The notes beneath the pieces were generated by a model. It was not told the DNA's origin, made no database searches, and saw nothing but the letters and a program-made list of their open reading frames with translations. A stretch of DNA of 64,000 nucleotides from Kudoa neothunni (taxonomy: Eukaryota > Animalia > Cnidaria). Both the position numbers and the translations under genes were made by a program. How positions within the stretch are numbered: the stretch's first letter is position 1; every line of letters begins with the position of its first letter. Below are positions 1 through 14,572 of the stretch, one piece after another. The stretch covers positions 9,987,018 to 10,051,017 of the forward strand of contig OZ199840.1 in NCBI GenBank assembly GCA_964304625.1. The letters are read 5' to 3'.

Positions 1-55
1 TGATACGTTTTTTTGATTGTTTCAATCATTTTTAATTTTATTCATCGTTTGTTAC
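1..55 (+). repeat. Dispersed repeat, near-identical to 2696-2750
   Basis: tgatacgtttttttgattgtttcaatc(a/c)tttttaattttattcatc(g/a)tttgttac occurs at both positions, on either side of Kunitz gene 1. Confidence 0.8.
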
Positions 56-562
56 TGTTACCAAGTGTTTATCGTAGCTCATGCGCGGGAATAATTTAGT
101 TGTTTTAAAATGAGCGGTTCTTTGGAGCGTGGTAGCGTTACAGTTTTTTTAAATATTTTCCTTGACCCTCGATTTTTTAAAGGCCTAATTGCGATGGATC
201 CGTTGGATCCCCATGAGCGGACTGGTTACTGCAGCAGGTGCGAATATCTTCTAAACTAACGTTTACATCAAAATCTTCATTTCATAAATACGAATAACAA
301 TAATTAAATAACTTTATTAAATAGGTTTTGGTCAATTTTTTTAATTCCTATCAATTCATTGAACAATATGATTTTAAATCATCATGTTTTGCTCGTATCA
401 TGAAATACAAATGAAATCCTGAATGCAATAATATTATTAACAGATTAAATTTACTCTATTGGTAAATCAATTGATATAAAAAATATTCCCTAATCAGTTA
501 GTATCATTGTTTCGTAAAGACACGAATATGTGCTATTTGAATTAATTGTTATTTAATAATAT

Positions 563-2165
563 ATGCTTGGTGTTGTTATCTTTTCTATATTTTTGGTGAC
601 TGTGTCACTTGGTAATAACAACAAATTTATATAGATATGATTATGTTCGTGTAGAACGAGCGTTGGATTCTTATGTCATGGACCAGGGTGCACCTCCCTC
701 CTGGATGACCACCGAGCAACAAGCTGCAGCCGTAGTTGATAGATGGTATGTCGATACTCAAACGGCAAAATGCAAACCGTTTAAATATTTGGGGTCCCTA
801 GGAAATTTTAACAATTTTGTATCAAAAGCTGTTTGTGAAAACCATCGTAAAGCATATGTTCCTAGAAGATTTTAATATTAACATTAGTTAAATTTACACC
901 GGAAGAAAAATCAGAGGCCTGTGCATTACCTGCAGCACCAGGTTCCTGCCACTTACCAGAAGAGAAAAAATTAGTTAGATGGTATTATTCAAAAACTGTA
1001 GTTGAAAATGGCGATAAAAATTCTTGTTATCAGTTCAAATACACCGGATGTGGTGGAAATGCTAATAATTTTGAGACTAAAACTGAATGTGAAAACGCCT
1101 GTCGAAGTAATCCGATTAAAATTCTTGAATAATGCAAATTTAAGACTATATTTTTTAGATAACAAGAATGGAGATGTTGCAGATGATACTGTGGAAGATA
1201 CACTGACTAAGACACCCAATGAGTTTGACTGTCTTTACGCAGCCGAAGTAGATAGTGAAACCCCAAAAATGGGTATAGTTCTTCATAAGGATAAAAAGAA
1301 ATGTGTATATGCAGCTGTTGGTGGAGAGGCTAAAAGAGGTTTTTTTGATGATTTACCAACCTGCGTTGATACATGCATAAGTATTTATTTTGTGACAATT
1401 GACGCCATAATCAAATATAGCTGACTATGTTGCTGCCTGCAAACAAACGGTTCCATTCCAAATTACACCTAAAAGTAAACTTACTGATGAAGAGAAAGTA
1501 AAAGAATATTATTATTTTAACGAAACGAGAAAAGCTTGCCTGCCATTTATATCTGAAATTCCTGATCAAACTTTCAAACTTGACGATGGCGAAAATAATA
1601 TATTTAGCTCGGTGGAATTGTGTGCAAGTTTTTGTCCTGCAAGTATTTCATCAAATAAATAAGGAATATTTAATTTATTATACGTTTAAATAAAATAGCT
1701 GCCCATATTGGGGAACTTAAAGCTGTTGACGTGTGCAATCAACCAAAGGTCGGCGACGCTAGTAATGACGATATGTACCAGTTAACTCGATATTATTATG
1801 AAAAGTCCGAGGGGGACACTGGGTCGTGCAAGCAATTTACATTTAATGGGAAAGAAATGAATCTGAATAACTTTAAAAAACAAGCAGCCTGCGATGCGAT
1901 TTGCACAGTACCATTAACACCCGTTACTGCTGTCTCAGGTCAAACTGAAGTTCAACTACCGCATGGGAGCATCAATACAAGTTTAAACTCTCAAACTGAT
2001 GTTTTAAATGTGGCTCCTGAGCTACTAAGCGAAGAAGCTGCCAGAATTGATTTAAAAACTGATAAAGACTCGGCCCTAGATACTAGTAAACAAAACACGG
2101 AAGGTGTAACTCCACAACAAAAACCGGAAAATTGCCTCATTTTTTTCTTTAATACATGCTGGTGA
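563..2165 (+). CDS. Secreted five-domain Kunitz/BPTI-like protein, copy 1 (6 exons)
   Basis: Exons 563-611, 655-846, 888-1106, 1159-1380, 1421-1642 and 1699-2165, joined by five GT-AG phase-1 introns of 40-56 nt. Exon 1 encodes the signal peptide MLGVVIFSIFLVTVSL. Exon 3 is a canonical Kunitz domain (ACALPAAPGSC...RWYY...CYQFKYTGCGGNANNFETKTECENAC). The other exons are reduced-Cys Kunitz domains, followed by an acidic Ser/Thr-rich tail. Confidence 0.9.
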
Positions 2166-2869
2166 AACATTTTTTAATTAAAATGTGTAATTTAGTGGTT
2201 ATATAGGGTTGAAAGATCAAAAAATCGAACCGCATAAAAGACGAATTAGCTCATGAAAAATTATTTATAAATTTCCTTAGTTTATTAAATCAAGTTTTTG
2301 ATAATTGATCCTTGTATCTATTTTTGTGAAATACAGTAAAGACTTGATATAGCGTTCTAAATCGGGATTGGAGTTTATACCGCCCAATAAGTAACCCTTA
2401 CCAAATATCGAATTATGGCGTATGTGTTAAAATAATAAATATTTTATTTGTATTTTATAATTAAAAATGTGAAGGACATCGATCTAATAGTATAAACGCT
2501 TTTCTTCTTTGTTTCGCGATCTTTTGATCCAGATTATTAGAATATCAAAAAAGATTGTAGACGATACGTACCCTTTTTTGATCATGATATTTAACAAGAA
2601 GATCATTAATTCCTTTAAAAAATTGAGTTTCTTATATTTACGAATGATATTAAATGGAAACTTTATTCCGATAAATAAAACAGTCACTAATGCGGTGATA
2701 CGTTTTTTTGATTGTTTCAATCCTTTTTAATTTTATTCATCATTTGTTACATATGTTCGTTGGTTCTATTGTTCAAAAAAGAGGGGTACCATCAATATTT
2801 AATATGTTTTATTTTTCATATCTAATTTTTACCTCATTGAATTTTTGTAAGTACTGAATAATAACATCA

Positions 2870-3200
2870 AACCTGCTTGCATCTTCGCGGAGAGTTTAAT
2901 CGTTAAAAAAAAAGCGAGTCTTAAAATTTTCAAACCAACAGTTGTTACAACTGAAATCAGCGAATTTAAGATCAGCGACAGCAAGTTTTTCCTTTTTACT
3001 GATCAAAAACTCTGGGAAATATTTCTTTGTTGTGTTCTCACATTATTCATTCATATAACTCACGTTCAATTAAGGCATATTTTCCATTCGTGATTCTTTT
3101 AAAGATAGGAGCAGAAATGGAGTTCATTATTTCAGAATTGTTAAACACAATCCTGTTAAGAGAAGAGTAACCTATTCTAATTTAAATACAACTCATTACA
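2870..3200 (-). mobile_element. Degenerate pogo/Tigger transposase fragment (CENP-B-type HTH)
   Basis: The minus strand reads KRITNGKYALIERELYE*I ... FADFSCNNCWFENFKTR with stops, resembling the HTH-CENPB motif (F.AS.GW...FK.R). Confidence 0.6.
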
Positions 3201-3534
3201 ACAGAATACATGATATTCTATGGCATTCTAGAGTCATTTATTGGCATTTAGATTGACTTAATTAAATCATAATATTGGATAATATCAATTTTAATGAAAA
3301 AATTTCTTTTATTTCTCATAATATCGAACGTTCGAATACCGTGATTTATTGGTTTAATTGGATTAAAATATAAAGTAACTAGTGCGAATAGCAAAACCCT
3401 GAATTTTACCAAAATCGCGTCAAACAAATACAATTTCATATTTTTGTGTATATAGTTAAATTGAAAGTATATACAGTAGTACACGGATATTACGCACTTT
3501 TTTGGGTCAAAACATTTAGGTGCGTGTGCGTAGA

Positions 3535-5011
3535 TAGGGTTGCCAGACAATTTCTGTAAATCGTACTAAAATTAAAAAAAGGTATTATATTTCAAAAATA
3601 ATATAAAAAATAGAATTCTCGCAACATTAAACCTCTAATGGATAACGGATTTGGGGTGTGTTGCACCCCAAGCCCATTAAAAGAGGAATTTTTCGCTAGC
3701 TTAGAGGGTTAAATTAATCAAGACAGAAAAATTAATTGATAAGATCTATTGAAATATTAAATCATTATAATTGTATTCCTCATTTAAGTTTGTACTAACC
3801 ATAATTTGAGTTAAATGGTCGGACGGATCCCATCTCAGGAAAATAGTTTATCTTTATAAACATCTAGAATGTAAGAGAGCATATATTGTTTCATCTTCCA
3901 ATATGAATCTGTATTTTTAACTTTTATTTAAACACTCATGAAAATAATCTGTCAGCAGATTCAGACGAATGAGGCAAAACAAAGAAAGACAACCTTAATT
4001 TTTGTAGTAATGAATACTTAAATGTTTCTTCTCTTATTTTATTTGTGACTGCATACCAAAATTTCCCTAATCCTTTTAAAAAGATATAACAATTATTCTC
4101 CAGCCTAACTTTTATCTATTCAATATCCAAACTTAAATTCTCAGCTTAAACAATAAAATTTGGAGATTTCTTTGACAGGGCTATAATGGAATGGGGGTTT
4201 CCTTCACTGACATTCGCAGGATGTGTTGCTTCCAGTAATTGCAAATGCATGAACTTTGTGATGGTCAAGTATATTTGAAATATCTGTTTCGTCAGTAATA
4301 AATAGAAATGTAGAGTTTTGGTAAGAAATTGGAAATAAATTTAATTTCTTATTCCAGTGATATTTTCATTCTAAATTGATTCTAATTTCCACCCATAATA
4401 AAACTAATCCGGAAAAATATAAACTGAGGAGTATTTAAAATTTAATCTCTAGAAGTTGTTTTTCATATCAAAATTCGTCTCAACAATAATTAAATATGAC
4501 TTTAATAATATTTTCAAAAGAATTCCTTAGTTTATGAGCTTTAAACCCTCACCTTTTAATTCAACGTTGAGTTTGTTTACTGTAGGTAAAATAAATGTTA
4601 AAAAAATGTAATACATTTTATTTATGAGCTTGAATAGGGGTGAAAATATTTTAGGTGAGGTTCAGTCGTGTTTCCATATGGGCCAACTCTGAGAAACGTC
4701 GCGAGAACTGTCCATTCTTCCAATATTGTCTTAATAACCCACTCAAATAACAGTCATCTTGTTCAGCAGAGATACAATACTATCTGATTCTCGATGCGAA
4801 ATAATTGTTGTAATTCGTTACATTCGTTTTGACGTTTGAACTATTTGAGGGGCCTATGTTGATTCTTTGCGATAAGTTTTCTAACACATCATTTCATTAT
4901 GTGTCACGCAATTATAATAATTTATCTCGAAATTTATTGATCTTAAACCGAACCACCTTTCGTCAAGGTCGTACCAATACCTTTATTTAGGGCGAAGACG
5001 TAGCAACTCTG
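3535..5011 (-). mobile_element. Decayed hAT transposon
   Basis: Left end TAGGGTTGCCA at 3535 and a degenerate right end tagcaactctg at 5001-5011. The minus-strand fragment VLPHSSESADRLFS (~3940-3990) resembles the hAT C-terminal dimerisation motif. No TSD could be recovered. Confidence 0.6.
3627..3712. mobile_element. ~80-bp piggyBac-type mini element nested in the hAT relic
   Basis: TTAA-(a)cctctaa ... ttagaggg-TTAA, with an internal hairpin ggggtg-tgttg-cacccc. Confidence 0.5.
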
Positions 5012-5241
5012 TTTTTGTTATATTATATCAACACAACAATATTTGAAAACGACTTATTTATTAATAAGAAATATGAATTTATTGAAGAAAAATATTAAAA
5101 AACGTTTGTATATTCGGCTAATTTATAAGCAAAAAAATCTACTGATTTATTTTTCTCTGAAAGATTATATATAGATAGTTCATCTATTAATCATGTATTT
5201 ATGAAATTAAAATTTTAATACGATCGTTATTTTAGTAGATA

Positions 5242-5559
5242 CAGTCGAACCTCGATTTTCCGGAAGATATTTTAAAATTTATTTGGATTTTATTGAAATT
5301 GTGTGTCGATAAATTTTCTATTATTCGGAATAACGATTTAATCAACAATCTAGGATAAAAATGCCACCCATCACCACCGTACCACGTATACTATGTAGCA
5401 TGTATACCAATTCAATATTTTTATCATAAATTTTTATACTAAGACATGAGTTAAACACTCAATTCTTATACAAATTTGTACTCTATCTGATCATACGTCT
5501 GTGTGTCATAAAGAGAAAACCTCTGGTCCCAAATTTTTCGGGTAATCGAGGTAAAACTA
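5242..5559. mobile_element. Tc1/pogo-type MITE
   Basis: Left end TA-CAGTCGAACCTCGATTTTCCG; the right end is a degenerate inverted copy (cgggtaatcgaggtaaaacta-TA). Confidence 0.5.
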
Positions 5560-6551
5560 TATTACCATTCGTTTCAACAGCCACTACCCTCATAATTATA
5601 AAAATACATGGTTATTGTACTTAGGGGGTTGATACTCATCAGTCTTAACAATCATTTGATCTGCAAACCATAAAATCTAGGAAATACTGATCTAATGATT
5701 GAGTTAGATGAAAATTGTTTCTATTTACAACAGTATTATTTAATTTATTGAATAAGGTAAGTCATTTATTTTAATATCGGGCAATAATCAGCTAAATCGA
5801 TGTGGTTTTTTGATAAGATTTCTTGCATTTTTAAATAAAATGAATGAGGATAGAACAACATTAAAATTATTGTTGTTAATAATATTCTCAAATAGTGACA
5901 GAATTCGAAACATTAATTAATATGTTTGATTTTTAATTAAAAATATAAAAATCAATTGGAATTAATCTTGATTAGTTGTACGTTTTGGCTGGTATACGCA
6001 AGAACACAGATCCGTAAAAACACACTTAGGAGAGCCCATCAGACGAGAGAGGCCGAAGAATTCGCATCTGAAATATCAATAAACGCGCAACCTTGGTTTA
6101 CGCACTGTTTTTATTTCTTCATTAATTTCACATCCTTAAAATGACTAAACAGAACAATGAAGTGGAACTATAATCGATTTAAATATACAAATGAAACTTT
6201 GTATTCCTGAATCTGATCAGGAATCAACACAACACCAAAAAATCTGAATCTCTTCACGTAGCAATCAAACCATCCAGTAGGTATCAACAAAAATTCTTCG
6301 TATTATTAAAGCACTTTGATATGCAAGGAATCTACGAACACACATTAATTATGTCGTATTTTTGATTGAAAACTAAGATAACTTTATAAGCTGTAAATAT
6401 TTTTGGCTTTAAATTGAATAAATAATGTATTAGAATTTGTTTAAAATAATTTATAAGTAATTAAACGCATTATTAACAAAAACCCTCGAGTATCTTTAAT
6501 TCGTTATCAGTCGGGGAGAACCGAAGTGTTGAACGTGGCTGGTTTTCGACG

Positions 6552-7748
6552 ATGGTAAGCATCACCTGTGCCATTTGAAACCAATGTTGAAATGTGTTAT
6601 GTAGGGTGGTTTTGTGAAAGTTGTCAAAAATAGAGCTTACTTCAAAAGATTTCAAGTAAAGTTTAGAAGACGCCGAAGTAATTGTGTTGGATTTGAGTCA
6701 CCATTATGATTTTTGATGCCTTCACATAGATGGTGTAACCGATTATCAAGCCAGAAGAAAGATGATCGCTCAAGATAAGAACAAGTACGGTGCCAACAAG
6801 TACAGACTTATTGTACGTATCACCAACACCAAAGTTATCTGCCAAGTGAGTTTTAGTTGCGTTATTGCAGTTGTCACTTGTTGTTATAGGCAGCCTACTC
6901 AACTTTGAGTGGTGATGTTACTGTTGCAGCTGCTGAATCTACTGAACTCCCAAGATACGGTATGAAAGTCGGTTTGACCAACTACGCTGCTGCCTATTGC
7001 ACAGGTCTTCTCTTGGCAAGAAGATTGCTTAAGCAATTCAAGATGGATACTAAATTTGTTGGAAACGCTGATCCTAATACCGTCGGTGATTTCATTCCTG
7101 AACAAACCTATTCCGAAGAAATTGAGCAATCTCCATTCAAATTGGTTCTTGACATTGGTCTTGCTCGTAGCTCCACTGGTGCAAGGGTGTTCGGTGCTCT
7201 TAAAGGTGCCGTTGATGGTGGATGCAATATTCCTCACTCTGAAAATCGCTTCCCTGGTTATGATAAAGAGTCAAAGGAGTTGGATGCACAACAACATCGT
7301 GACCGAATCTACGGAGTGCATGTGGCCAACTACATGACCTACCTGAAAGAATCCAGCAAAGAAGCCTTTGAGAGACAATTTTCTAAGTACATCGCTGCAG
7401 GAATCACTCCTGAGAATGTATGTTGTGATTTGGCGCATTTTTTGATAATTTATGATGCTTGTGCAGATGGAAGAAACCTACAAGACGGTTCATGCTAACA
7501 TTAGAAAAGATCCATCACCTGCTCCCAAAAAAGAGAAACCAGCTGCTGCTAAAGATGCTCCTGTGACTAAAGTCTCCAGCAGGTAACTGTTTAGAATCGA
7601 ATGAAATGACTTTCACTGGTGCAGTTCTAACCAACTGAATTATTTTAGGAAACACAAGCGCAAGCAAAACATGAAAGTGTTCCTCCGCAACAAGGCCATA
7701 CAACAAAGAAAAGATGAATTTTTGGCTGATATGGGTGTATCTGCGTGA
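6552..7748 (+). CDS. RPL5: 60S ribosomal protein L5 (uL18), 6 coding exons
   Basis: The first coding exon is ATG only (6552-6554; intron gtaagc...tag to 6604). The product continues [24 protein letters not shown] / [27 protein letters not shown] / [47 protein letters not shown]. Stop TGA at 7746-7748. Confidence 0.97.
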
Positions 7749-8241
7749 TTGCGAACAAATGTGTATTGACAGTGATGATTTCTGTCGACTGACAACTTAG
7801 TTTCTTAGACTAAAATTATGCAGCTTTGCAATTGAATGTTTTTGCGCATTATCGTCTTTGTGGAACAATTATAATTTCTAATTATTGATTATTAAAGAAT
7901 GCGTGACTTGATTTTTTTGTATGTAAATGTTTGAAAGAAGTTGAATATTTGTTTATGTTATTTGGACAACGCTATGATGTTAATTTAAAGAAAGTCTGGT
8001 CGATAGCGAGATTAGTCTTATACCTATCATGAGAACTCTCAAAGCTTATCTGATGAGTAGGCCACTTAGTAACATCTCTTGAATTGGATCAACTACGCTA
8101 GAAATTCCAATTAAATTATCAAAGTTTAATTTTCGTATATAGTAGTATCACATATGTGAATTATTTGGTCATCACTTATGAACGCGCCAAAAGACTGTAA
8201 ATTAAATTTTAAAAGAAATAAAAGTTTAACAACGCATTACA

Positions 8242-8290
8242 TAACTAGTTATGACGTTACTTAACTAGTTATGACGTTACTTAATTAGTT
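8242..8290. repeat. 20-bp tandem repeat, ~2.5 copies
   Basis: taactagttatgacgttact twice, plus a partial copy. Confidence 0.8.
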
Positions 8291-8367
8291 GACTTTGGGC
8301 CTTTCAATAGATACTTAAAGTCTACAACGCATCATCGCCATCCTTCCCATGGACAGTGTGTTCCACG

Positions 8368-8787
8368 TAGGAGTTAAGATCGGTTCGGTTTTTGCCTTAC
8401 ACCGAAACCGATTTTAAAAATCTATTTTTCAATTAGTGTAACTTAGTTTCTATTATCAATTGATACAGTATTTTAAACAAAGAATGACTAAAATAAGTTT
8501 TCGATCAATCATATTTTCACGTATTTTCGTATGTGAACAAGAATTAACATTGATAATTAAACAAATTATTTACAAAACCGAAAACCATTTTAGAAATACC
8601 CCAATATTTCCATGTTTCCCATCGGTGGGACGTGCGGAAATTTTCAAACGTTTAGTGAGTCGCGGAAAATCCTGAGTATTGGTGTATTGATGTGACACGG
8701 ATTTTTTTTTCTGGAAAAAGTGAGGTGCGATACAAAAAAAGGTTGGAAAACACTGAAACAACCGAAGCCGAACTGCGTTAACACCTA
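8368..8787. mobile_element. Probable hAT-type MITE
   Basis: Imperfect inverted ends TAGGAGTTAA..GGTTCGGTTT and AAACCGAAGCCGAAC..TTAACACCTA; no clear TSD. Confidence 0.4.
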
Positions 8788-10126
8788 ATTACATTACACG
8801 TAGATCCCATCTTTCATATTTGTATATTTATATATCAAATGCTTATATCGTTTAAAAAATTTTGAATTTTTAGAAATTTAATCATAGTATTTTCAAAGCT
8901 TAAATTCTTTTTGACTTAGATAATCATCCATGATTAATACTCGTTTATTATGGAATTATCTCTATAAAGACGTCAAACGTTGGAGACCTCAACAAGTAGA
9001 TACATGGGTGAACAAATATTCCCTCATACACGGCGTATTATTGATAATTTCAATTACAGTAACATTGTATTGGATTTTATATGTTGAAAGTCTTTTGACT
9101 CGTTAATATTGATTGAATTAACATGGACCGTTGCTTGATATTTCTGATCGTTTCGTAGAAATTATTTCCTCGCGTTGTCATAATTTTAAGTGTAAAATGT
9201 CGTGTTTCAAAAAATCACTTCGAATCAAAAGAATAAATGAATAGAAAATAATCCGGTTTTTTTGATTGAAACAACACAATTTTTCCGGTTTTATGTGGAC
9301 TTATTTTAAGATTTATTATTGTTAATTTAAAATGTGATAAACATGATTGAATAAGTGATGAGCCATTATATAAAAATTGTAAAATAAATTATTTACTGAA
9401 CAATTAATTAATTAGTTAATTTAATTGAAACTAACATTTTAGGAACCATCGTAGGACCCACGAGTCCACCTATGCAATAAACGCCGCTTTTCTTTTGTTA
9501 AAATTCGAATTCTGAAGCTCTAACTTCACGTATATTCATGAAATTTATTCTTTTTTTGTTTAAAATTATATTATTTAAGTTTAATCCCATTTTTGATTTA
9601 TTTAAATCTATTGTTTAGAAAATAATGTATTGTTTAATTAGAAATATGAATTATTGTTGTATCAGCTCGATTTAACATTTTATTCGTGGAAAGTGATTAA
9701 AATGTCACCGGAATGCGAACGTATAACGTCTGGTGATCTTAGCGATTTTATGGTAAACAAAAATTCCTTGGATGGAAGTTCAGGTGATAAATTGAGTAAT
9801 GAACAGATTTGTTCTAAAATTTATAATCATATGATTGATATTTTTTAACCGTTGGATTCCAGGAGCCCAAGGTGGTTCAAATTAGGAAGGCCACAATATA
9901 ACAATATGTTCTATATAAGGTTAATTGCAACGGATGGCAATTATTAGGAAACTAAGACAGTAATTCAACATCAACGAAGATTCTCGATATAGGAATTTTC
10001 AATTAGTTATTTTGATAGCAAACAAAAATAACAAGAAATTCATCGTATTTTTAAATATCAATATTAAGTTTAAATTTAGAACATACAATTAGTTGGTGTA
10101 ATTTCTAAATGATTATATTTGAGAGC

Positions 10127-10197
10127 ATCTAAAATTGGAACCACGTTATGCAACGCTTATTAAAACCACATAATCAGGTAACTTGAAATTAAATTAA
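10127..10197 (+). repeat. Dispersed repeat, also at ~22908-22993
   Basis: catctaaaatt(g/t)gaaccacgtt(a/g)tgcaacgc...aaaccacataatcaggt...ttgaaat(t/c)aaattaa. The 22.9-kb copy is followed at its TTAA by a piggyBac-like CCCTCT start. Confidence 0.7.
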
Positions 10198-10299
10198 ACA
10201 ACTATTCATTTTTGCCTATAATTTTGTTTATTTTTTCAATAAGAGAAATAAGAAAGATAAGAGCAATAATAACGTTTGATATTTGATACATAAGGTATA

Positions 10300-11230
10300 A
10301 CATAAATTAAATACCGGAATAGAATAATATAGAGATGAATTTATTATAAATTTTGAATTTGACGAGAAAACCTTCGATACAATTTTTGTGTCAAAATATT
10401 TTATTTTCGTACAGAAATATTTGTATTTCTAGATTTATGGATAATACCTTTGACAATGGTCGTCAAAGGTATAACAGCCGAAGCTGAAAAACATTCCAAT
10501 CAGCTTCTAGTATAAAACAATAAATCTATAGTACACATAATGTGAAATTTTTATTAATTTCCCAATTTTAGATTTCTAAGGACATTGAAAGCAGAGTCAT
10601 CAGATGAAATAAGAGTTTCATTTTCCTCTTTTAAATTTGATTGGGAACTTTTTGATTGGATTGAGCATATACATGTTTGTCTTCAAAGGTTGATTTCTCA
10701 GTTCCATCCCTTTGAATTTTGCACAAGCGGATTTCAAAATGTGTCGAATGAATAATATTTGAATTTTACATAGACTTTAATAATTTCGTCGAATAAATAA
10801 CTTGCACTTGTTATAGTAAATCAACTTTCCACTGAGCCAAAGTTATTGAAAGGAACTTTTTTAAATGGCGACTCAACCCAGGAATTTCCAACTTTTCTCT
10901 TGATGTAAACAAACGATTCATCATATTTGAAAATTTTCAAAAACTAGTTAAATCAAATATCACAATATTTTCGCATATGTCAGCAATTTTAGGTATACTA
11001 GACCATCTGGTATCATTTTTAATAGCAATTCCTCAATAGTCCGAAAACTCTGATTTAAATTATATTCGAAATTTCTTCTCTAAAAAAGCACAACTGCAAT
11101 TAATTTTTGATCAACCCTGATGCAAAGATGGAGACATAATTCCAGGGCTTGGATTTTTTAGGATCACCTTCGGTTCTTGGAGGTTTTTTCATTTTAACAA
11201 AATTTTGGTTGTTCATTTGGAAACCTGCTC
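10300..11230 (-). mobile_element. Decayed hAT transposase relic
   Basis: Minus-strand DTRWS (~11000-11015) and AVIPLTT (~10455-10480) motifs, with many stops and frameshifts. Confidence 0.55.
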
Positions 11231-11930
11231 ACATTAAATAATAACCAATTTTTTATGTACAACATTAGTACTTATATTTTGAATAACGTACCCTATTCAG
11301 ATGATATCATGTAGAGTTAAGACACATTATCGAACGACGCAAATTAGCTTGTTTAACGTGACACGATTCCATAATTAATCAGTAAACACAGTCGAGCACT
11401 ATTAGAAAGTTAAAACGTTATTTCAAAGTATATATCTCGAACCATTAAATAATTAATTGTGAGTATATTAATCTATACTAGACAATAAGAGGTAAGATGC
11501 AATAAATATGTAACATGTAATATGTAAGAGAGGATTTAACCGCCAAAAAGTTGCAGAAATATTATGTTAAATTCAAATTTAAAATCTCAACAATTAATTA
11601 TAGAATCGGAAGTGGATTAAAAACTTTCAACAGATACGATTCTATTTTTGTGTTGTACATTAACTAAGCGTTTAAGTTTAAAGTACCTTAGGTTTTTTAA
11701 ACCCTGCAGACAGCCCTGTCTCGATAATCAATCAATCAATCAATCATGTTTACTCATACACACGTCTAATTAGACTAACTTAAAACTAAGTGTTTTTAGT
11801 AGACAAACATTTACATTAAAAAAAACAAACTTTGAATAAATTTTTAGATAAAAAAAGATTACAATTAACAATTAAATGATAAGAACAGTTAATAAACGAT
11901 TGACACACGATAATGTATAAAAATTATAAA

Positions 11931-13251
<1,321 letters not shown>

Positions 13252-14572
13252 GATAATCTCTTGATTGAAGATGGTGACTCGCGCAGGTTGGTCGTGACAA
13301 ATTAAAGATTATGGCACTAAGTCATGAGATTTAGCTGTATTCATTTAATTAAGCAACCGCCTTCATTTAACTCCCACAGTTCTATATTTCGACCAACCAC
13401 CTCATTGTAGATTTTAAAATTATTTGAAACTCAATTTTATATTTTTTATAAGTATTTTTTTGATCTGAAAAATTAATGTCGAACGCCCGTATTTTTTGTT
13501 TTTTATAAGTCCATATGGCCATTAGATCGGATCTAGTTGTTCACACATTCTCTGGAAGTATTAGGGATTTTTAAGCTAATTGATTCTCCTCATCTAATTA
13601 TATAAATATTATTTTATATGATTATTAGAGAATTCTACCGATGACACATTAGTTTGTTCGAGAGTTTTCTAATCAAATGCCTTGCAACGTTTATGTTTCT
13701 ATGTTCTCATACATGGTTGTTAAGTGTGTGAATGGATGTGTTGTTGGGATATTTGAATGACTTAGAAAGGTGATTGTCTGCGTGCGCGTATTACGTTTAA
13801 ATCTAAACAATTCCTATTCACCAAGGATTCGAAAATATTGTTTTTAATTACTTGCTAAGATTAGTTATTGAGAGATGTAATAGTAGCTCAGATTAATTAG
13901 AACTAGGAGTAAACAAAATTCAATCACAATGTTATAATATTATGGTATTATGGTATTATAGTATGTATAAAGCATAAAGCATTAAGCACATGAAAAATAT
14001 TATTGATAAGAATAAGAATTATCCGGGTGAATCTTAACTTAATACGTGATATTAACAATATTTATATTTCGTATTTGTTCGTTTTTGAGAAAATATGATT
14101 GGTGATAATTAATGGATGAATATATTTTAGGAATTGTTTTACTTTAAAGTAGGATTATTAATTACGAAGATATGGGTTAATTAAAACCGACCTTATTGTC
14201 ATTGTGTATGTAAATTTGAGATTCATATGTTTGGTACTTAACTGTAACTGGATTAATTCTCGCTAAGGCAGGATTAATAATTAATCACCGTGGAAAAATT
14301 AAAGTCAAATAAGAGAGAGAGAACGCAAGTTATGGCGAATATAAACATAAAAAATTACAGGTTTCTTTGGATTTCATGAACACGGTTGTACACAGCTATT
14401 TTAAATGGTAATCAATAAGGCGAAAAATAATAGGGTGTAAATATCAAACTAAGATGAATCATTCATTTATCCATTTATAATTGAGTTTGGATATTGCCAG
14501 ATAATTTTCAACACAATATACAACTAGAGCGCCTGCGAACAAGGGCTATCCGAAAAATATGGTTCATTTTAA

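Noticed and set aside
5657-5670. 14-mer TGATCTGCAAACCA shared with 36867-36880 (upstream of RPL5 and TIMELESS)
   Set aside because: Only two instances, with inconsistent distance and orientation to the genes; chance 14-mer matches are plausible in 64 kb.
7583-7800. Possible C/D snoRNA in the last RPL5 intron or 3' UTR (GTGATGA…CTGA)
   Set aside because: The boxes are too close together or box C is poor, and I see no recognisable rRNA guide; a snoscan or Infernal search would be needed.
8050-8085. CTGATGAG possible hammerhead ribozyme core
   Set aside because: No GAAA after a credible stem II, and no stems I/III.
9654-9848. 64-aa ORF
   Set aside because: No recognisable motif or splice model; it lies among TE relics and is probably decayed element sequence.
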